Shown here: positions 41,647 through 51,261 of the stretch, piece by piece
Numbering within the stretch: position 1 is the stretch's first letter
How the letters are laid out: every line of letters starts with the position of its first letter
Virus record (IMG/VR): IMGVR_UViG_3300033069_001940
Location: 1-64,000 of that record
DNA: 64,000 bases
Source: a virus
Lineage: Duplodnaviria; Caudoviricetes
Strand: one strand, 5' to 3'
Notes under the pieces: generated by a model
Told to the model about the DNA's origin: nothing
Database searches by the model: none
Seen by the model: only the letters and a program-made list of their open reading frames with translations
Program-made: the position numbers and the translations under genes

Positions 41647-44252
41647 AATCATATATTACAGCATTTAAAAATTGTAGATTTACTAACTATGGATTATTAT
41701 TTGAATCTAAAACTGGAAGGTGTTTTTTAGATTTGTCTGGATATAGTAAAGTTAAGTTATGTTTTACCAGAATTTCTGGAGATGGCAAAATTATTCTTTG
41801 TTCTGACGGATTAGATAAAGAATATTCAATATTATCAAAATATAATTTTGAATTAGAGATTGAATTTAACGATCCAAAAATTCAAATACTTCGCCCTAAG
41901 AGTAGCCTTGGAGAGATTGTTTTAACTAATGTTATAGTACAGGATGGTATGTCAAAATGGAATGAAATTTTTAAAAAGATTGATTCTAAATATATTAGAG
42001 TTGTTAATGATAATTTATATGCCAATGACGGGGCTTATATAGCGCCTAAAGATCTTGTAGATAATTTAATAACAATTCCAGAAAAAAGTTTTGTTTATAA
42101 GGAAGATAAAATTGTTTTTAGTCAATGTCAAATAAGCGCTTTGTCTTTAAAAGACAAATTAGAGACGACAAAAGAAGAAAAATATACTGAAATATATAAT
42201 TCAAATCAAAGTCTTTCTTTTAAAAATTATAATTATAATAGTAAAAAACTTAAATATATTTATAGTTGCGGGGAGCATTTTTTATTATTAAAACCAATCT
42301 CCAATGCGAGTTTTTCTGTTTCTAATCTTGAAGAAAACACAAAATATTACATTAAAATTAGAGCAAAAAAATTAAATGGCAATGGTAGATTTCATTTTAA
42401 TATTTCTCCAAAAAATAATCTTGGATTTGCTGACTGTACAATAGACGCTGGTTCTAATTTTAATGAATTTAATCTAACTGTAGAGACTGGTTCTATAGAA
42501 TTTCCTGGCAATTTATTTAAAATAAATGTAGGTATGTTAGATGATGGTATAGGCGAAGTTTTAATATCTAACATAACAATTTATTGCGATTCAGAAAAAT
42601 GCAATATTGTAAATATACCAAAAAATATACCAAAAAATACATTAAATAAATTAAAAGAAAATGAAACAAAAGTTATTTTAAATAAAAATATTAATAACAA
42701 ATCAATAATATCTAAAAATCTCCCACAATTATTAAATCCATCCAAATTAAGACCATCTTTTGATTTAAAAGCAAATACAGATAGAAAATTTGTTATAGTT
42801 ATTCCAAGCTATAAAAATGAGAAATGGGTTGAAAAAAATATCACTTCAGCATTAAATCAAAATTATAATTTTTATAGAGTTATTTTTATAGATGATTGCT
42901 CCCCGGATAATACATTTGAAGTGGCTCAAAATGTTATTAAAAAATTAAATTCACAAATTAAAACAACTCTAATTAAGAATCAAGTTAGAAAAGGCGCTCT
43001 TTGCAATTTATATAATGCCATTCATAGTTGCGCTGATGACGAAATTATTGTTACTCTTGATGGCGATGATTGGCTTGCACATGATAATGTTTTAAGTTTT
43101 CTTAATACCGTTTATAAGTCTGGAGATACTTGGATGACTTATGGCCAATATAAAAATTGGCCAGATGGCGGCAAGGGTTTGTGTAAACAAATTCCAAAAC
43201 ATATTATTGATAGTAATGCTTATCGAGCGCATGAATGGTGCTCTTCTCATTTAAGAACATTTTATGCCTGGCTATTTAAATCAATTAAGTTAGAAGATTT
43301 TAGATATCAAGACCAAGAATTTATGAGTATGGCTTGGGATATGACTATGTGTTTCCCAATGTTAGAAATGTCTAAAAATCACCATAAATTCATTCCAGAT
43401 ATTTTGTATATTTATAATCTTGAAAATCCACTCAATGATCATAAGGTTAATAAAAAATTACAACAAGACACCGATGCATTTGTTAGAGCTAAAAATAAAT
43501 ATCAACCTAAATTACCAGAACAATATAATGGTAAAAAAACTAAAATTGGTCTTTTAATTATTGGGACTAATAAATATGTACAATTTTTAAATCCATTAAT
43601 TTCATCTGCCGATAGATATTTTTTTGTTGATGATAAGTATGATGTAACTTATTTTGTTTTTACCGATGGTAAAATTAATTTTGCTACAAACAGAAACGTT
43701 GAAGTAATACCTATTGAACATAAATCATTTCCGTTTGCGTCTATGGATAGATTTAAACATTTTTCAAATAATAAAGAAATTTTAAGTAAAATGGATTATC
43801 TTTATTATGTAGATGCGGATAGTTTGTTTGTTGATAGTATAGATGATGAAATTTTAGGTGATTTAGTTGGCGTTACTCATTGTGGTTATTACAAGCGCCA
43901 AGGAACCTTTGAGACAAATAAAAATTCTAAATTATACCATCCATTAGAAAAAACAAAAAATGCAGTTTATTATGGAGGAGGATTCTCTGGAGGTTTGTCT
44001 TCTAAATATTTAGAGTTAAGTCAGGAAGGTGCGAGACTGATCGAAGAAGACCTAAATAATAACATCATGCCCCTTTGGCATGATGAGACTTTTTTAAATT
44101 ATTACTTTATTAATAATCCTCCACAAATTACTCTTTCTCCAAGCTATCATTATCCACAAGATAATCCAGAAATATATAAAAAATGGAGCCCTGATAATTT
44201 TATTCCTAAAATATTGTTGCTTGAAAAAAATCACAGAGATATTAGGTCTTAA
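41643..44252 (+). CDS. Multidomain glycosyltransferase: CBM-like N-region + GT2 + GT6 (ABO-type)
   Basis: GT2: IVIPSYK, SALNQNY, IDDCSPD, LDGDDWL. GT6: IGLLIIGTNKY..F, VTYFVFTD, YVDAD, YYGGGFSGG, WHDETFLN.Y. Upstream jelly-roll-like domain. Confidence 0.88.
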   Translation: MKSYITAFKNCRFTNYGLLFESKTGRCFLDLSGYSKVKLCFTRISGDGKIILCSDGLDKEYSILSKYNFELEIEFNDPKIQILRPKSSLGEIVLTNVIVQDGMSKWNEIFKKIDSKYIRVVNDNLYANDGAYIAPKDLVDNLITIPEKSFVYKEDKIVFSQCQISALSLKDKLETTKEEKYTEIYNSNQSLSFKNYNYNSKKLKYIYSCGEHFLLLKPISNASFSVSNLEENTKYYIKIRAKKLNGNGRFHFNISPKNNLGFADCTIDAGSNFNEFNLTVETGSIEFPGNLFKINVGMLDDGIGEVLISNITIYCDSEKCNIVNIPKNIPKNTLNKLKENETKVILNKNINNKSIISKNLPQLLNPSKLRPSFDLKANTDRKFVIVIPSYKNEKWVEKNITSALNQNYNFYRVIFIDDCSPDNTFEVAQNVIKKLNSQIKTTLIKNQVRKGALCNLYNAIHSCADDEIIVTLDGDDWLAHDNVLSFLNTVYKSGDTWMTYGQYKNWPDGGKGLCKQIPKHIIDSNAYRAHEWCSSHLRTFYAWLFKSIKLEDFRYQDQEFMSMAWDMTMCFPMLEMSKNHHKFIPDILYIYNLENPLNDHKVNKKLQQDTDAFVRAKNKYQPKLPEQYNGKKTKIGLLIIGTNKYVQFLNPLISSADRYFFVDDKYDVTYFVFTDGKINFATNRNVEVIPIEHKSFPFASMDRFKHFSNNKEILSKMDYLYYVDADSLFVDSIDDEILGDLVGVTHCGYYKRQGTFETNKNSKLYHPLEKTKNAVYYGGGFSGGLSSKYLELSQEGARLIEEDLNNNIMPLWHDETFLNYYFINNPPQITLSPSYHYPQDNPEIYKKWSPDNFIPKILLLEKNHRDIRS
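42612..42640 (+). repeat. 12-bp tandem repeat in interdomain linker
   Basis: AATATACCAAAA x about 2.4, encoding NIPKNIPKNT. Confidence 0.6.
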
Positions 44253-44972
44253 ATGTCAGTTATGTTTTCAAAATTGGGACAAATGGGGCGTCTAGGTAAT
44301 CAGTGCTTTCAGGCGGCTGCCGCCATAGCATTGGCAGATGAATATAGCGTCCCCTACTTATTACCTAAAACAGAATTACATGAAGCTTTTCCTAATTTAA
44401 AATATTGTAGTATTCCAAATAGCTCAATGGTATATAAAGAACCAGATTTTTCTTATAAAGAAATACCGTATGTTGAAAATATGGATTTATTAGGATATTT
44501 CCAATCTTGGAAATATTTTAATAATTGTAGAGGCTTAATAAATAATTTATTTAAATTTCCCAATGATGTGCCAGAATTAACAGGAGTTACTGCTATTCAT
44601 GTACGTCGTGGTGATTATGTAAAACTTGGTCAAGAATATTATGTCGATTTGTCTTTTACAGATTATTATGTCCAAGCAATAGGATATATTAAGTCTAGTA
44701 AATATTATGTTTTTTCAGATGATTTAGAATATTGTAAAAAAATGTTTAAAGGTAATGAATATGAATTTATATCATCTGGAAGTCCGTGGAAAGATTTACA
44801 GATGATAAGTTCTTGTGAAAATGTTATTATGGCCAATTCATCATTCTCTTGGTGGGGAGCTTATTTAAATAATAATCAAAATAAAATAGTAATAGCTCCT
44901 AAAAAATGGTTTGGTAGTAAATTGTCGCATAGTACAAATGATTTATATAACTCAGAATGGGTTATAATATAA
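44253..44972 (+). CDS. Alpha-1,2-fucosyltransferase, GT11
   Basis: GRLGNQ, GYFQSWKYF, IHVRRGDY, VFSDD and NSSFSWWGAYL family motifs. Confidence 0.92.
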   Translation: MSVMFSKLGQMGRLGNQCFQAAAAIALADEYSVPYLLPKTELHEAFPNLKYCSIPNSSMVYKEPDFSYKEIPYVENMDLLGYFQSWKYFNNCRGLINNLFKFPNDVPELTGVTAIHVRRGDYVKLGQEYYVDLSFTDYYVQAIGYIKSSKYYVFSDDLEYCKKMFKGNEYEFISSGSPWKDLQMISSCENVIMANSSFSWWGAYLNNNQNKIVIAPKKWFGSKLSHSTNDLYNSEWVII

Positions 44973-44981
44973 AGGTTTTTT

Positions 44982-45761
44982 ATGACAAGCTGGTGGAATA
45001 AAAATGTAGAATCAAGGCTTGATGACTTTAAGTCATGGGTTGGGGACCATAATCAGGCAAGTAAAGTTTATTGTAGAAAATATATTGTAGAAAAACAATA
45101 TAAAAGTATGGTAGATTGTGGTTGTGGGTTAGCCACAGATTTTTTTGCATTAAAAAATGATGGTTATAGCATTGCTTATACCGGCATAGACAGTTGTAAA
45201 TTTATAGTTGATACTAATAGGTCTAATGGAATAGACATGGTGGAGGCAGAATTAGAACAACCTTTACCAATAGAAGATAATAAATACGATGTAGCGTATT
45301 GTAGAGAAGTTCTTGAACATCTATCTTATTATGAAAATGCAATAAATGAATTTATAAGGATAGCTTCAAAAGAAGTAATAATTGTATGGTTTATAAAACC
45401 AATAGAAGAATGGCAGTGGGAAGAAGAGATAAAAGATAAAATTCTTAGAATGAAAAAAGAGCATTTTGAAGAACAATATAAAATAAATACAGAGAATGGA
45501 TTAACTGATCCTCTTCTAGTAAAAGATATAGATATAGTAATTTCCGATGATAATAAAGAAATCAATTATTGGAAGCCAGAAGATCTTTATCATAACAAAT
45601 ATGATAAAAATAAATTAGAGAATTTTATCTTAAGCAATCCAAAAGTAGAAAAAATATTTTGGAATGATGTGTGTGATGAACCATATCCAGTTCAATGTGA
45701 AACTGATAATAAGCCCAATTTCATAAAATCAGTATTACATATAGTTTTAAAGGAAAAATGA
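44982..45761 (+). CDS. Class I SAM-dependent methyltransferase
   Basis: VDCGCG, YTGID, LP..D..YD....EVLEHL. Confidence 0.85.
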   Translation: MTSWWNKNVESRLDDFKSWVGDHNQASKVYCRKYIVEKQYKSMVDCGCGLATDFFALKNDGYSIAYTGIDSCKFIVDTNRSNGIDMVEAELEQPLPIEDNKYDVAYCREVLEHLSYYENAINEFIRIASKEVIIVWFIKPIEEWQWEEEIKDKILRMKKEHFEEQYKINTENGLTDPLLVKDIDIVISDDNKEINYWKPEDLYHNKYDKNKLENFILSNPKVEKIFWNDVCDEPYPVQCETDNKPNFIKSVLHIVLKEK

Positions 45762-46837
45762 AATTTTTTAATATCGATCAACATGTTTCAGTCATAGCGG
45801 ATATCGCTCATATATTTAAAAATTTAGGTCATCAGGTTGATGACTGGTCATTGTCTGGACATCATTGGGTTTTAGGTAAACCAAAACCAAAAATTATGTT
45901 AAGCGACGGAAGTCAACTCATTGGATCTAATGTTTGCACTCAAGAAACATGTGATAAATTTTACGAACAATATAAAGATCAATTAGAACAATATGACGCT
46001 TTTATTGTTTGTTATCCAGTAGAATTTGCGCTCCTTTATGAAAAATGGAACAAACCAATTATAGTCGTAAATTGTGTTAGATATGAAGCGGATATGAATA
46101 TCCAAACATGGACACGAATAATTAAAAGTAGGCTAGATAATTTTTTAAAGCTTAAACAAAGTGAAGGTAAATTATATTATATTTGTAATAATAAAGGAGA
46201 CCAATATTATACAAAATATTTTACAGGCATAGATGGTGTGCATATTCCAAGTTTGTGCGAGTATACTAACGCAAAATATACTGGAACAAAAAATAAATAT
46301 ATAATACATGATAGAGCAGAGATTTCTGTTAATAATAATTTATGTATTAACTTAGATAATATAAGGGATAAAAATAGGAAATATACTTGGCAAGATTTAT
46401 ATGATTATAAAGGGGTTATACATGTACCTTATAATAATGGTTCAATGTCTATATTTGAACAATATACAGCAAATGTTCCAATGTTTTTCCCATCAAAACA
46501 ATATGCAAAAAAACTTATTAGTGAAAATAAAATGTTTTCTGATTTGACGTTTTATAAAATTAACAAAGTTAATGAGCCAGAAGATTATAATAATCCAAAT
46601 AGTTTAAGAAATCCAGAAATTTTAAATAAATGGATTGATACATCTGATATGTATGATGTTGACAATATGAAATATATTCAATATTTTGATTCGCTTGCTC
46701 ATTTAGAGCATTTATTAAAAACAGTTAATTTGAAAGAAATTAGTAGTAATATGTCGGCACATAATGTATTAAGAAAAGAATCTATATATAATAGCTGGAA
46801 TCAAATTATTACAAGTGTTAAAAGTAAAATTAATTAA
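45758..46837 (+). CDS. Putative glycosyltransferase (GT-B-like), unclassified
   Basis: LGHQV N-terminal motif and YKGVIHVPYN..SMSIFEQYTANVPMFFP C-terminal nucleotide-sugar-binding-like segment; cluster context. Confidence 0.5.
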   Translation: MKFFNIDQHVSVIADIAHIFKNLGHQVDDWSLSGHHWVLGKPKPKIMLSDGSQLIGSNVCTQETCDKFYEQYKDQLEQYDAFIVCYPVEFALLYEKWNKPIIVVNCVRYEADMNIQTWTRIIKSRLDNFLKLKQSEGKLYYICNNKGDQYYTKYFTGIDGVHIPSLCEYTNAKYTGTKNKYIIHDRAEISVNNNLCINLDNIRDKNRKYTWQDLYDYKGVIHVPYNNGSMSIFEQYTANVPMFFPSKQYAKKLISENKMFSDLTFYKINKVNEPEDYNNPNSLRNPEILNKWIDTSDMYDVDNMKYIQYFDSLAHLEHLLKTVNLKEISSNMSAHNVLRKESIYNSWNQIITSVKSKIN

Positions 46838-46852
46838 ATAAATTAGGATAAT

Positions 46853-47638
46853 ATGAAGGTTGCTATTTTTTCATTCGCTGTTAATTTTCAATTTCCAATT
46901 GATATTATGAATAGACAATTCAAAAAATATTTAAAAGATGATTATGAATTAATCATTTTTAATGATGCTTCTGATAAACAAGAAGAAAAAAATATTAATG
47001 TTGTTACTTCATCTAATCAAATTAAATGCGTACGTGTGCCACAAGAAATACATAAAATATTTAGTCCATCAGTAGCATATGCTGAAACTTTAAATTGGGC
47101 CGTTCACAATTATGCAGCATCAAAAGATTTTGATATTATTGTATTAATGCATTCTGATATATTTCCAATATGTCAAATTTCTATGGTTGATATTTTAGGA
47201 GATTATACTGTGGCTAGCACTTCTGAGTTCCGTAAAATTGGCGAAACAGGAATAACATATTTATATCCAGCTTTTACAATTGTTAATATGAAATCTTTAA
47301 AACAATTAGGTGTTCATAAATTAGATTTTGGTTTGGAGCCAGGCGTAGACACTGGAGGTAAAACTAAAGATTTTATTATAAAATATCCAAATTTAGTTAA
47401 ATTATTACCTAATTATCAAGCTTCATATTTTTTACAAACATTAGATAATTCTGAAATATTAGCGAAATATTTTAAAGAAGATTTAGAAATTTCTAGAGCA
47501 CACGGATTAAGTTCTGGATGGATTGCAGAGGGTATGTACCATTATATGGCGGGGTCTAGATGGAATTTGAATGATAATCCATTATTTGCCGAAGGGCATA
47601 AAAAAAGAATGGATTTATTTTTAAAATATTTTTATTAA
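46853..47638 (+). CDS. Putative glycosyltransferase (GT-A-like), unclassified
   Basis: IIFND, MHSDIFP (DxD-equivalent position), DTGG, YHY.AGS.W; cluster context. Confidence 0.5.
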   Translation: MKVAIFSFAVNFQFPIDIMNRQFKKYLKDDYELIIFNDASDKQEEKNINVVTSSNQIKCVRVPQEIHKIFSPSVAYAETLNWAVHNYAASKDFDIIVLMHSDIFPICQISMVDILGDYTVASTSEFRKIGETGITYLYPAFTIVNMKSLKQLGVHKLDFGLEPGVDTGGKTKDFIIKYPNLVKLLPNYQASYFLQTLDNSEILAKYFKEDLEISRAHGLSSGWIAEGMYHYMAGSRWNLNDNPLFAEGHKKRMDLFLKYFY

Positions 47639-47646
47639 AGGTGGAT

Positions 47647-48288
47647 ATGACATATTATTCTCAAGCGTGGCAAGATGAATTTGTAGCAAATATTCTAAAT
47701 TTTAAAAAGAATGGATATTATTTAGATATTGGTAGTACAGATGGAATTAATCAAAGCAATTCATATTTTTTTGAAAACGAACTTGGCTGGAAAGGAGTTT
47801 GTATTGAAAGGGGTGTTGGATATACAGAACACTACAAAAATAATAGGAATTGTGTTTTTTTAAATGAAGACGCGACACAAATTGATTATAAAAAGTTATT
47901 AGATAATTTATCTTATCCAAAGCAAATTGATTATTTATCAGTTGATATAGATGAAAATACCGTTGCTGCTTTAAATAAGCTTCCGTTAGAAGATTATAAA
48001 TTTAGTGTAATAACAATTGAGCATGACGCTTATCGTTTTAATGATTCTTTAAGATTAGAAGAAAGAAGAATATTAAGTTCATATGGTTATACCTTATTGT
48101 GCTCAGACGTTTTAGTTCCGCTCGGCTGTGGTATGGGTACAAATCTTCCATTTGAAGATTGGTGGGTGGATAATAAAGTTTTTAATATGGATAATACACA
48201 TAGGTTATGTTGCGATAAACAGTATCCAGATGATATAGTTAAAAAAGTAAAGCAAGAAAAAGTACAATGGCTAAAAGGAAATGAATGA
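47647..48288 (+). CDS. FkbM-family methyltransferase
   Basis: YSQ..QD, GYYLDIGS.DG...SNSYFFE..LGWKGVCIE, IDYLSVDID, ITIEH, EDWW. ATG at 47647 preferred over GTG at 47641 on SD spacing. Confidence 0.88.
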   Translation: MTYYSQAWQDEFVANILNFKKNGYYLDIGSTDGINQSNSYFFENELGWKGVCIERGVGYTEHYKNNRNCVFLNEDATQIDYKKLLDNLSYPKQIDYLSVDIDENTVAALNKLPLEDYKFSVITIEHDAYRFNDSLRLEERRILSSYGYTLLCSDVLVPLGCGMGTNLPFEDWWVDNKVFNMDNTHRLCCDKQYPDDIVKKVKQEKVQWLKGNE

Positions 48289-49121
48289 AAAAAATTATAA
48301 GTTATTCTTTATATAATTCTATACCAAAAAATACAATTAATGCAATTATTAATTGTATGTTAGCCGAAAAAATTTATCCAGGTTGGGTGGTGAGATTTTA
48401 TTTAGATGATACTGTGCCAAAACCTATAGTTGATATATTGAGAACATTTTCTCATGTTGAGGTTGTAGAAATGCCGCGCGGAACAGGAAGCGAAAGAATG
48501 CTATGGAGATTTTTAAGTTGTAGTTCGGAAATAGAAACAGATTACCAATCTATTATGATTAGTCGTGATGCTGACTCTTATTTATCGGTTAGAGAAAAAG
48601 CTTGTGTAGACGCTTGGCTTGCTGGTAATAAGAATTTTCATAAAATTATTGGTCATTGTTATCACACAGACCCTAAGGTTAAAATTATGGGAGGTTTATG
48701 GGGCTGTAGAAATTCTATTTTATCAAAAATGAAAGAAGAAGTTGATAAGTTTATTAATGGAGGCGAGACATATGACCAAGGATTTTTAGCCAATGTGATT
48801 TACCCAAATGTACTGCATGATTTAATTTGTCATTATGACGACCCATCATTTAATAATAAAGGTCAAAGAGTTTATGGTCAGCCAGAAGAAAAAGGAAGTG
48901 CATTTCCAATTCCTCCATATAAAGAGTGGGATGAGCCTGTTGAGGGAATTTCTTGGCTTGAAGCTAATAAACTAAATGAATTTTATTGCGCTCATTGTAA
49001 TAAAAAACACAAAGAAGTTATTGGCGGTATTATTGAGCATATTCCATCGAGAGCGATGGAGGTCGTTCGAAAATATGTCGCAGAAAAAGGAATTTCTGTA
49101 GAAGGTTGCCCCGGTTTTTAA
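48285..49121 (+). CDS. Putative GT-A glycosyltransferase of an unclassified family
   Basis: IISYSLY, YPGW.VRFY, MLWRFL, SRDADS (DxD), IMGGLWG, DQGFL...IYP. Confidence 0.55.
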   Translation: MKKIISYSLYNSIPKNTINAIINCMLAEKIYPGWVVRFYLDDTVPKPIVDILRTFSHVEVVEMPRGTGSERMLWRFLSCSSEIETDYQSIMISRDADSYLSVREKACVDAWLAGNKNFHKIIGHCYHTDPKVKIMGGLWGCRNSILSKMKEEVDKFINGGETYDQGFLANVIYPNVLHDLICHYDDPSFNNKGQRVYGQPEEKGSAFPIPPYKEWDEPVEGISWLEANKLNEFYCAHCNKKHKEVIGGIIEHIPSRAMEVVRKYVAEKGISVEGCPGF

Positions 49122-49133
49122 TAAAGGATAAAA

Positions 49134-50033
49134 ATGATAAATAATGAAGTTGGTATATTATGTAACGAACAACATGGTGACATAGGTTTGTGTACATCTG
49201 TTTTAAAATATAAAGATCTATTATGGCCAGGTAAAAAAGTAATATGGTATTGTAATTTTGCTCCAGAGAAAGTTACATATATGGATATGTTAAAATTCAA
49301 TGATGCTATATCTGAAATTAGAGAATGGCCAAAAGTTTGGTTTAAAGATATAATGGATGAAAATTTTCAAATTAGACATGATAAAAAACATGAATTTGAA
49401 CAATTAAAAACACTTGATGTTGGATATTTTCCAGCACCTTGGGCAGCATTACCAAATAATTTATTTAATAACAAAAATTATTCAGAAATACCAAGACATA
49501 TATTCGGAGCAGACCCCTCTTGGGAGTGGCGGCCGTGTTTGGGATTTTCAAATGAAGAGAGAGAGATGGTTAAAGATTTTTCTTCAAAACTACCTCATTC
49601 AAAAACCGTAATGCTTGAAACTCAATTAAGATCTGCTGGTAATTTTAATCTAAGCGAAGATATTATAAGAAATACCATGAGCCTTTGTAGAAAAAAATGG
49701 GGGAAATGTAATTTTATTTTTGCTAGCAAAATAGATCATACTAAATTTGTTGATGACGCTGGCGTAGTTTCAGCCGCGGATTTCACTGTAAGGCAAACTT
49801 CATTAATACATGACCAATCAGATTTATTTATATCTGTATGTAGTGGGATTACTGTTGCTTCAAGTTGCTGGGGTTCGAAGCCGGTTCCGAGAGTCGAGAT
49901 GTGTAGTGTAAATACAAGTTATAAAAATTTATGTTATGGACCGACCATTAGTGTTTTTTGTGAAAATTGGACAGAAGAACAATTAAAAAAAGGTTCTGAA
50001 GATGCAATTATTCAGATTTTAAATAAATTATAG
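49134..50033 (+). CDS. GT9-like glycosyltransferase
   Basis: HGDI....VLK....WPGKKVIW start, P.L.FS.EE linker and LFISVCSGI segment equivalent to GT9 FIGxDSG. Confidence 0.55.
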   Translation: MINNEVGILCNEQHGDIGLCTSVLKYKDLLWPGKKVIWYCNFAPEKVTYMDMLKFNDAISEIREWPKVWFKDIMDENFQIRHDKKHEFEQLKTLDVGYFPAPWAALPNNLFNNKNYSEIPRHIFGADPSWEWRPCLGFSNEEREMVKDFSSKLPHSKTVMLETQLRSAGNFNLSEDIIRNTMSLCRKKWGKCNFIFASKIDHTKFVDDAGVVSAADFTVRQTSLIHDQSDLFISVCSGITVASSCWGSKPVPRVEMCSVNTSYKNLCYGPTISVFCENWTEEQLKKGSEDAIIQILNKL

Positions 50034-50043
50034 CAGGGGAAAT

Positions 50044-51261
50044 ATGGAAGAATTATTTACATTAGGTGAGTTTTATTTATGTGACTTTCTTAAAAGCGAG
50101 GAATCTTATAGAGGAAGCAAACATGAATTAAAGTTAGTTTTAACTGATGATGGTAATGTTAGACTAGATAAACCTGCGCCATTAAATCAAATGTTTGGTC
50201 GTTACTTTTATAGGAGCGGAACAAATCAAACAATGAGAGATGAATTAAAAAATATTGTAAATTCAATTCTTCATGTGTCAAAATTAAAAGAAAATGATCT
50301 TTGGGTGGATATTGCTTCAAATGATTTAACTTTATTAGGATTTGTTCCAAATAATTTAATTAGAATTGGAATAGACCCTTGTGAAGATTCTTATTTAACC
50401 GACGCCTCTCAGAAAACTAATTTGGTTATTCAAGATTATTTTACAGCAGATGTTTTTAAAAAATGTATTTTTGGAAAACAAAAAGCAAAAGTAATAACTT
50501 GTATAGCTATGTTTTATGATTTAATTGAACCAGATAAATTCCTTCAAGATGTTAATGAGGTCTTAGATGATTCTGGTTTATTTGTAGTACAATTATCTTA
50601 TACCCCTTTGATGCTTAAGCAATTAGCGTTTGATAATATACTTGGAGAACATTACTATTATTATTCGCTTTTTAATTTAAAAGCTTTATTTGAAAAAAAT
50701 GGATTTAAGATTTTAGATTGCCAGTTGAATGATACGAATGGCGGTTCATTTAGAGTATATGCTTCAAAAATAAATTCTAATGAGTCTCATTTTGCTACTC
50801 AGCCGTATCGTGATGTAGCTGAATTTAGAGTTAAATCAATTTTGGAGTATGAAAAATCTTTAAAATTAGATAAAAAAGAAACATGGTTGGAATTTAAAGA
50901 AAATATTGATAAGCTTAAAGCTAAAGTTTTATCATTTTTAAATGAAAAAAAATCTCAAGGTAAAACTATATATGGCTATGCGGCTAGTACAAAATCAGCA
51001 ACTTTACTTCAATATTTTGGAATAGGGTCAGATTTAATCACATCTATTGCAGATAGGAATCCTTTAAAATGGGGTACGACAATGCCTGGAATAAATATTC
51101 CAATTGTTTCTGAAGATGAAGTAAGGAGCGCTAAACCAGATTATTTATTAATTTTAAGCTGGCATTTTGCCAAAGAATTTATTGAAAGGGAAAAGGATAT
51201 GTTACTTAATGGTACAAAATTTATTATTCCGTGCCCTCAATTTGAAATAATTTCAATATGA
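50044..51261 (+). CDS. NDP-hexose C-methyltransferase-like protein
   Basis: YFYRSG, DIASND.TLL, GIDP, FDNI.GEH.YYYS, GGSFRVY, GYAA..K..TLLQY, DRNPLKWG...PG..IPI, PDYLLILSWHF..E. Confidence 0.85.
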   Translation: MEELFTLGEFYLCDFLKSEESYRGSKHELKLVLTDDGNVRLDKPAPLNQMFGRYFYRSGTNQTMRDELKNIVNSILHVSKLKENDLWVDIASNDLTLLGFVPNNLIRIGIDPCEDSYLTDASQKTNLVIQDYFTADVFKKCIFGKQKAKVITCIAMFYDLIEPDKFLQDVNEVLDDSGLFVVQLSYTPLMLKQLAFDNILGEHYYYYSLFNLKALFEKNGFKILDCQLNDTNGGSFRVYASKINSNESHFATQPYRDVAEFRVKSILEYEKSLKLDKKETWLEFKENIDKLKAKVLSFLNEKKSQGKTIYGYAASTKSATLLQYFGIGSDLITSIADRNPLKWGTTMPGINIPIVSEDEVRSAKPDYLLILSWHFAKEFIEREKDMLLNGTKFIIPCPQFEIISI

